Source: an uncultured Candidatus Saccharibacteria bacterium
Lineage (GTDB): Bacteria > Patescibacteriota > Minisyncoccia > UBA6257 > UBA9933
Assembly (NCBI GenBank): GCA_964488305.1
Contig: CAZAUC010000001.1
Coordinates: 3,305 to 37,761, forward strand
Direction of reading: 5' to 3'
Length of the DNA: 34,457 bases
Shown in pieces: positions 32,784 to 34,457 of this stretch. A program made the position numbers and the translations under genes. Every line of letters begins with the position of its first letter. The first letter of the stretch is position 1. Below the pieces are notes generated by a model. It worked only from the letters and a program-made list of their open reading frames with translations, searched no databases and was not told the origin of the DNA.

Positions 32784-34043
32784 ATGTATAGAAGTGGCGT
32801 AGCTACATTTACTTTAGATTACGGCAAATGCCCGCCGTGGCTTTTTGAGCGGATGGTTAAGCTTGGCCGGGAAATGACGCGCGTGCTGATTGACGAATAC
32901 GGGCCGGACGAATTCATCAAGAGAATTGCCGACCCGGTCTGGTTTCAGTCATTAGGTACGGTTTTGGCTTTTGACTGGAACGCTTCGGGTTTGACCACAA
33001 TTTTAACCGCCGCTTTAAAAGAAGCGATTCGCGGCCAGGAAAAAGATTTAGGGATTTTTATTACCGGCGGCAAAGGAAAAACATCGCGTAAGACGCCGGA
33101 TGAAATTGTTAACTGGGGAGGTAAACTTGGCTTGCCTGAGCAAAAAACCAATTCGCTTGTTTACAATTCAAAAATGGCGGCCAAAGTTGACAGCGCTTTA
33201 ATTCAGGACGGATTCCAGATTTATCACCACAGCTTTTTCTTCGCCGTTTCTAAGAAGCGGCGCCCTGAGCCCGTCGAAGGGTCCAATCCCTCGATGAACT
33301 CGGGAGTGAATGACCGTCAGAATATTTCATGGACGGTCATTCAACAGGGGATGAACACGCAAAGTCAGACTGCCCGGCGTTATCACTGGCATTCGGAAAA
33401 CATCCCCTTTGACCCCGCTCGGGGCGAGAAGGACTTTGTTTGTGAACCGCACACCGGCATTGTTTCGCAAGCCAGGGAAAAAACCGTTTTGAATTTAACC
33501 GCCGAAGAAAGCGGGAAGAATCGGGAAACAAGTACGGAATTGGTAGCCAGTGGTTATAACGCTTTAATCAAAGATATTCAACTTTTGCGCAAACATTCTT
33601 CGGAGTTGCACAAAATGCTGGCTTTTAAAATAAATTCGCCTCACGGACAAGGCGATTTAGTTAAATTATTAAAATTAGAAAATATTGAATTTGAGCATCA
33701 TCCGGTGGAATTGGAAGATTTCAGTAAAAGTCGCTATCTGGAAAAAATTCTTTGGCAGGTTTGTGAGCAACAGCCGGAAAATTATGAAAGACTTTTGGCC
33801 ATTCAGGGCGTTGGTCCGAAAACCATGCGGGCCCTGGCCTTGGTTTCGGAAATAATTTACGGCGCTCAACCCTCTTATGATGACCCGGCCAGATATTCTT
33901 TTGCGCATGGCGGCAAAGACGCCACGCCTTATCCCATTGACAAAACGACTTACGACCAGACGATTAGCATAATGAAAAACGCTGTTCAAAAAACCAGACT
34001 GCCGTTTAGCGAAAAAAAGAAAATAATTTCCAAGCTTGTTTGA
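32784..34043 (+). CDS. DUF763 family protein (HhH-containing) with an internal insertion
   Basis: PPWLFERMVKLGREM...YGPDEF...DPVWFQSLGTVLAFDWNASGLTT and QQGMN...ARRYHW are DUF763 hallmarks. LAIQGVGPKTMRAL is a helix-hairpin-helix motif. Confidence 0.8.
   Translation: MYRSGVATFTLDYGKCPPWLFERMVKLGREMTRVLIDEYGPDEFIKRIADPVWFQSLGTVLAFDWNASGLTTILTAALKEAIRGQEKDLGIFITGGKGKTSRKTPDEIVNWGGKLGLPEQKTNSLVYNSKMAAKVDSALIQDGFQIYHHSFFFAVSKKRRPEPVEGSNPSMNSGVNDRQNISWTVIQQGMNTQSQTARRYHWHSENIPFDPARGEKDFVCEPHTGIVSQAREKTVLNLTAEESGKNRETSTELVASGYNALIKDIQLLRKHSSELHKMLAFKINSPHGQGDLVKLLKLENIEFEHHPVELEDFSKSRYLEKILWQVCEQQPENYERLLAIQGVGPKTMRALALVSEIIYGAQPSYDDPARYSFAHGGKDATPYPIDKTTYDQTISIMKNAVQKTRLPFSEKKKIISKLV
33307..33343 (+). 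repeat. perfect 12-bp inverted repeat inside the DUF763 coding sequence
   Basis: tgaatgaccgtc (33307-33318) pairs with gacggtcattca (33332-33343) across a 13-nt loop. Confidence 0.8.
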
Positions 34044-34150
34044 TTCTCTCGGGATAATATTATGATGGGTCATAGTGTAGTGATTAATCACTACACTCGG
34101 TTGCTATGATGTGTTATAGCGGGTTTTATAATATATCATAAAACCTGATT

Positions 34151-34457
34151 TTATTTCAGGGTTGTCACATAACTGCCAGCCGGAATCTGGTTGATTTGCT
34201 CTGGCAAAAGATAAAAAATATTTTTCTCTTTTTGTTTTTCGGGCGTGAATGTATCGGTAATAAACATTAAAGTTTGCGCCGGCATTGGAATACCGCGCAC
34301 ATCAATGCCCTGGGCTTCAACTACCACGTATTTTGGCAGTTCTTTGGGTAGTTCGTTTAATCCTTTGGCCATAATAACGTAGTCGCCGCTGAAAGCGTCA
34401 AAAGTATTATTATTTTTACCCCAAAGAATAAAGTAAGTATAATAGGCCTCAAAAATT
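34151..34457 (-). CDS. hypothetical protein, 5'-truncated by the window edge
   Basis: The frame is open from the window end down to the TAA at 34151-34153. No family recognised. Confidence 0.5.
   Translation of the reverse strand, partial: IFEAYYTYFILWGKNNNTFDAFSGDYVIMAKGLNELPKELPKYVVVEAQGIDVRGIPMPAQTLMFITDTFTPEKQKEKNIFYLLPEQINQIPAGSYVTTLK

Overview
This is an AT-rich window with small genes. It most likely comes from a Candidate Phyla Radiation (Patescibacteria, Parcubacteria-like) bacterium. That placement is an inference from four observations: no L30 gene between rpsE and rplO, a class I LysRS, a zinc type-Z S14, and an Avd-like four-helix-bundle gene next to a reverse transcriptase.

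Layout:
- 167-1479: two membrane proteins.
- 1490-2383: about 900 bp without convincing genes, carrying two near-consensus sigma70 promoters, hairpins and terminators. These look like a candidate sRNA and an operon leader/attenuator.
- 2384-15277: ribosomal-protein cluster rplC-rplD-rplW-rplB-rpsS-rplV-rpsC-rplP-rpmC-rpsQ-rplN-rplX-rplE-rpsN-rpsH-rplF-rplR-rpsE-rplO-secY-adk-map. rpsJ and rpmD are absent, and many intergenic spacers are unusually long and hairpin-rich.
- 15384-18151: a diversity-generating retroelement (DGR) directly after map.
- 18197-34457: housekeeping and accessory genes. These are GT2, greA, class I lysK, serS, an 8-strand beta-barrel-like protein, TspO, DUF378, cyclophilin, DUF167, an FtsQ-like protein, GT39, a PG-binding protein, DedA, ychF, DUF763 and a truncated ORF.

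The main result is the DGR. It has a target gene whose C-terminal variable repeat (VR 16022-16143) differs from a downstream template repeat (TR 16506-16627) only at TR adenines, plus one IMH-type mismatch. It also has a reverse-oriented avd-like gene and an RT with the DGR SQ and YCDD motifs. The RT is broken by a single in-frame TGA, and a G9/C9 homopolymer couples its start to the avd start.

Secondary observations:
- A perfect 214-bp direct repeat flanks rpsH.
- A family of hairpins sits immediately after stop codons and shows compensatory changes between copies.
- An AT-rich MITE-like repeat supplies the C-terminus of S5.
- Palindromic segments lie in frame inside adk and the DUF763 gene.

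No tRNA, rRNA or CRISPR array was recognised.
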